NCBI GenBank assembly: GCA_965219095.1
Contig: CBDCMT010000001.1
Coordinates: 256,001 to 320,000, forward strand
Reading direction: 5' to 3'
DNA length: 64,000 bases
Origin: Bdellovibrionales bacterium
Lineage (GTDB): Bacteria; Bdellovibrionota; Bdellovibrionia; Bdellovibrionales; UBA1609
The notes below the pieces were generated by a model. The model saw only the letters and a list, made by a program, of their open reading frames with translations, made no database searches and had not been told where the DNA came from. The position numbers and the translations under genes were made by a program. Below are positions 61,687 through 64,000 of this stretch, in pieces. The stretch's first letter is position 1; each line of letters opens with the position of its first letter.

Positions 61687-64000
61687 GAGCTTTCAGGGTA
61701 CTCAATACGTTGATGATGGATGGAGAGAATTACTTGCTCAAAAGCTCTCTCAATAACAGAGAGATCTTTAAGAGTAAGATCACATTCATCAAGTTGATTA
61801 TCGAGGAATTTTTCTCTAATTACATCATGAACAATGTTTTGAAGTCTTATAGCTGTAGGTTCGTTCAAAGAGCGAGCTGCTGCTTCAATACTATCACCAA
61901 GCATAACTAGAGCAGCTTCTCTAAACTGAGGTTTAGGACCTGGATAACGAAAATCATCTTCAAAAATTTCTGACTTATCATTTTCTTCGCTCAAAGCTTT
62001 ATTATAAAAGAAAGAGATCAAAGTTGTTCCATGATGCTGTAAAATACCATCAATAATGGGTTCTCCTAGGTTGTGTTCAAGTGCCATCTCAGCACCGTCT
62101 TTAACATGAGCTATTAAAATAGTTCGGCTCATATGAGGGGATAATTCATTATGAGGATTATAAGAGGGTCTTTGGTTTTCAATAAAATACTCTGGATGAT
62201 GGGACTTACCAATATCGTGATAATAAGCCATAACTTTAGCTAAAAGAGGATTGCAACCAATTCTTTCTGCAGCTACTTCTACCATACTTCCCACTACAAT
62301 AGAGTGGTGATAAGTTCCAGGAGCACGGACGAACAGGTTTTGTAAAAGAGGGTGGCTAAGATTACTTAACTCAAGCAGTTTTATATCTGTAGTGTAATTA
62401 AAAATGCTTTCAAAAAGAGGAATGAACATCATAGCCAGAAAAGAAGCTGACACACCTCCTACAAACCCTGCTAAAGCTTGCCAAAAAAAATGATGCCAAA
62501 ACATATCTTGCTCCCAAGAAGTCCATGACAAAATCACAAAGACCATAAATACATTCACAAGTCCTACTCTTAAGCCTGTAAAATAAATATCACTTCTTTT
62601 CCTAGAAAAATAAACATAGCGACTTGCCACTAAGCCTCCCAAAAAAGCATAGAAGAAAAAGTACATTTGAAAATTAAAAAACATAGCATAGAGAAAAGAC
62701 AAAAAGAGAGTAAAAATCCAAATCAATTCTCCTGAAAGAATGAGAACCCCTAATACGAGGGATACAAATGTTAGAGGAGCTAAGTAAAAAAAGAACTCTA
62801 AGGTTAGAAATTCACGCTGTTGTAAAAACACTTCGCCAGCTAAAAGCCAAAAACTTTTCATAAAAATCACTGTTAAAAACACTAAAGTTGTCATAAGAAC
62901 AACGTCTCTTCTTGTATAGGAAATTTGTGTAAATCTCCTTATAAAAGAAAAGAAGCTGAGAAGAAAGGCTGTGATAAGAAGAGCTACCATAATACATAAA
63001 ACACCAAAATTTCTTTTTGACTTAATCTTTCTTATTTCGTTAAAAATGGCCAGATGGCTGGGTTGAACCACAGATCCACCTGTAACAATGGTCTGATTCT
63101 TTCGAATCGATATTTTCACATCAGGCACAGCCTCTCTAGCTTGCTTCTTTCTCACAACAGTTTCATTTTTATTAAACGTCACATTAGGTATAACAAGAAG
63201 TCTAGCTATAGCTAAAATATTGTTTTCAGCTTTCTTGGAAAAAAACTTCGTCTTTTTTGTCTTAACAAACCTTAATTCGCTAACATCTCTTTTTAAATCT
63301 AAAACATCAGATTTTGGTATACTTTTTTCTTTTAAAGAGACAATGTCTCTTAAAATTACCGTTTCAGTAAGAGAATTATCAAGAAGCAAGGCCTTATCTT
63401 GAATTTTTAATTCAGACCAACTCTCTAAGTGGGCAATGATAGCATTTTCAATATTTACGGAAAATTTGTTTTCTGCAAGCCACTCAAAGAGCCTCACTGG
63501 AATGTTTCTTGATAAAATTTTTGTAAAACTCTTCCTTTCTTTTAAAAAACTTTTTACCTTCTCAGCTCTTTTAGGAGCAGGTCCTTTCCAATTAACCTCA
63601 GAAACCTTTTTTCTAAAAAAACTAAAAGTTTTATAAATGGATTCATAGTTTTTTTCATAAGCTTGAGGATCATAATCAAAAACTAGAGGAGTGTTGCTCT
63701 CAGCCTCTAGTTTTTTTAACTCTGTGGAAACATCATCAGAAAACTGAAAAGAATAATTAGACTTAATCTCAGATTTTGTTACATCCCCAATCTTAATGGA
63801 AGGAAGAAGGTCAACTTCGTAAAGAATGATAAAGGCAATAAAAAGACTAAAGAGAAAACACAACACAACTTGACGCAAGCGAAAGATTTCATCAAGCCTT
63901 TTAAAAAAGTGGCCAAAAAAAGTTTTTTCAAAACCCAAACTATTAACCCAGTTTAAAAATCTATGTAAAAACTTCTGAGTGTAGGCTACATAATGAAAAC
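61683..64000 (-). CDS. 7TM-HD membrane phosphohydrolase (PgpH/YqfF-like); 5' end probably outside the window
   Basis: Extracytoplasmic domain, multiple TM helices, APGTYHHS, YHDIGK, FIENQ, QHHGT, FRYPGPKP; frame stays open from 63938 to the window end. Confidence 0.92.
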   Translation of the reverse strand, partial: FHYVAYTQKFLHRFLNWVNSLGFEKTFFGHFFKRLDEIFRLRQVVLCFLFSLFIAFIILYEVDLLPSIKIGDVTKSEIKSNYSFQFSDDVSTELKKLEAESNTPLVFDYDPQAYEKNYESIYKTFSFFRKKVSEVNWKGPAPKRAEKVKSFLKERKSFTKILSRNIPVRLFEWLAENKFSVNIENAIIAHLESWSELKIQDKALLLDNSLTETVILRDIVSLKEKSIPKSDVLDLKRDVSELRFVKTKKTKFFSKKAENNILAIARLLVIPNVTFNKNETVVRKKQAREAVPDVKISIRKNQTIVTGGSVVQPSHLAIFNEIRKIKSKRNFGVLCIMVALLITAFLLSFFSFIRRFTQISYTRRDVVLMTTLVFLTVIFMKSFWLLAGEVFLQQREFLTLEFFFYLAPLTFVSLVLGVLILSGELIWIFTLFLSFLYAMFFNFQMYFFFYAFLGGLVASRYVYFSRKRSDIYFTGLRVGLVNVFMVFVILSWTSWEQDMFWHHFFWQALAGFVGGVSASFLAMMFIPLFESIFNYTTDIKLLELSNLSHPLLQNLFVRAPGTYHHSIVVGSMVEVAAERIGCNPLLAKVMAYYHDIGKSHHPEYFIENQRPSYNPHNELSPHMSRTILIAHVKDGAEMALEHNLGEPIIDGILQHHGTTLISFFYNKALSEENDKSEIFEDDFRYPGPKPQFREAALVMLGDSIEAAARSLNEPTAIRLQNIVHDVIREKFLDNQLDECDLTLKDLSVIERAFEQVILSIHHQRIEYPESS

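Overview
AT-rich bacterial chromosome segment. Gene content and order resemble Bdellovibrionota (inference): AddB-like nuclease-coaE-nadK, tsaC-purD-HD dNTPase / thyA-folA, an MnmC-like methyltransferase divergent from radical SAM-aldolase-mtnA, LysR, an sppA-rhomboid-M16 pair, S8 protease, stand-alone EF-G, HU-pfkA, an ABC exporter, thrS-infC and 7TM-HD-ybeY. Roughly a third of the window (about 23 kb by my sum) is nested, mostly decayed insertion sequences from about 11 families: IS110, three IS630 types, ISL3, IS5, IS3, IS481, IS66, IS256, IS982, two IS1634 types and ISAzo13, plus MITEs. Most notable: (1) an IS110 recombinase with a ~263-nt structured left end (bridge-RNA candidate) in three copies, whose junctions all appear to fall inside terminal inverted repeats of other IS elements; (2) an IS630-type element that duplicates TTA rather than TA; (3) a compact locus that may couple tRNA wobble-U modification with SAM by-product salvage; (4) a secreted HPxW-repeat protein ending in CxxxF. 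No CRISPR array, rRNA or tRNA was recognised.
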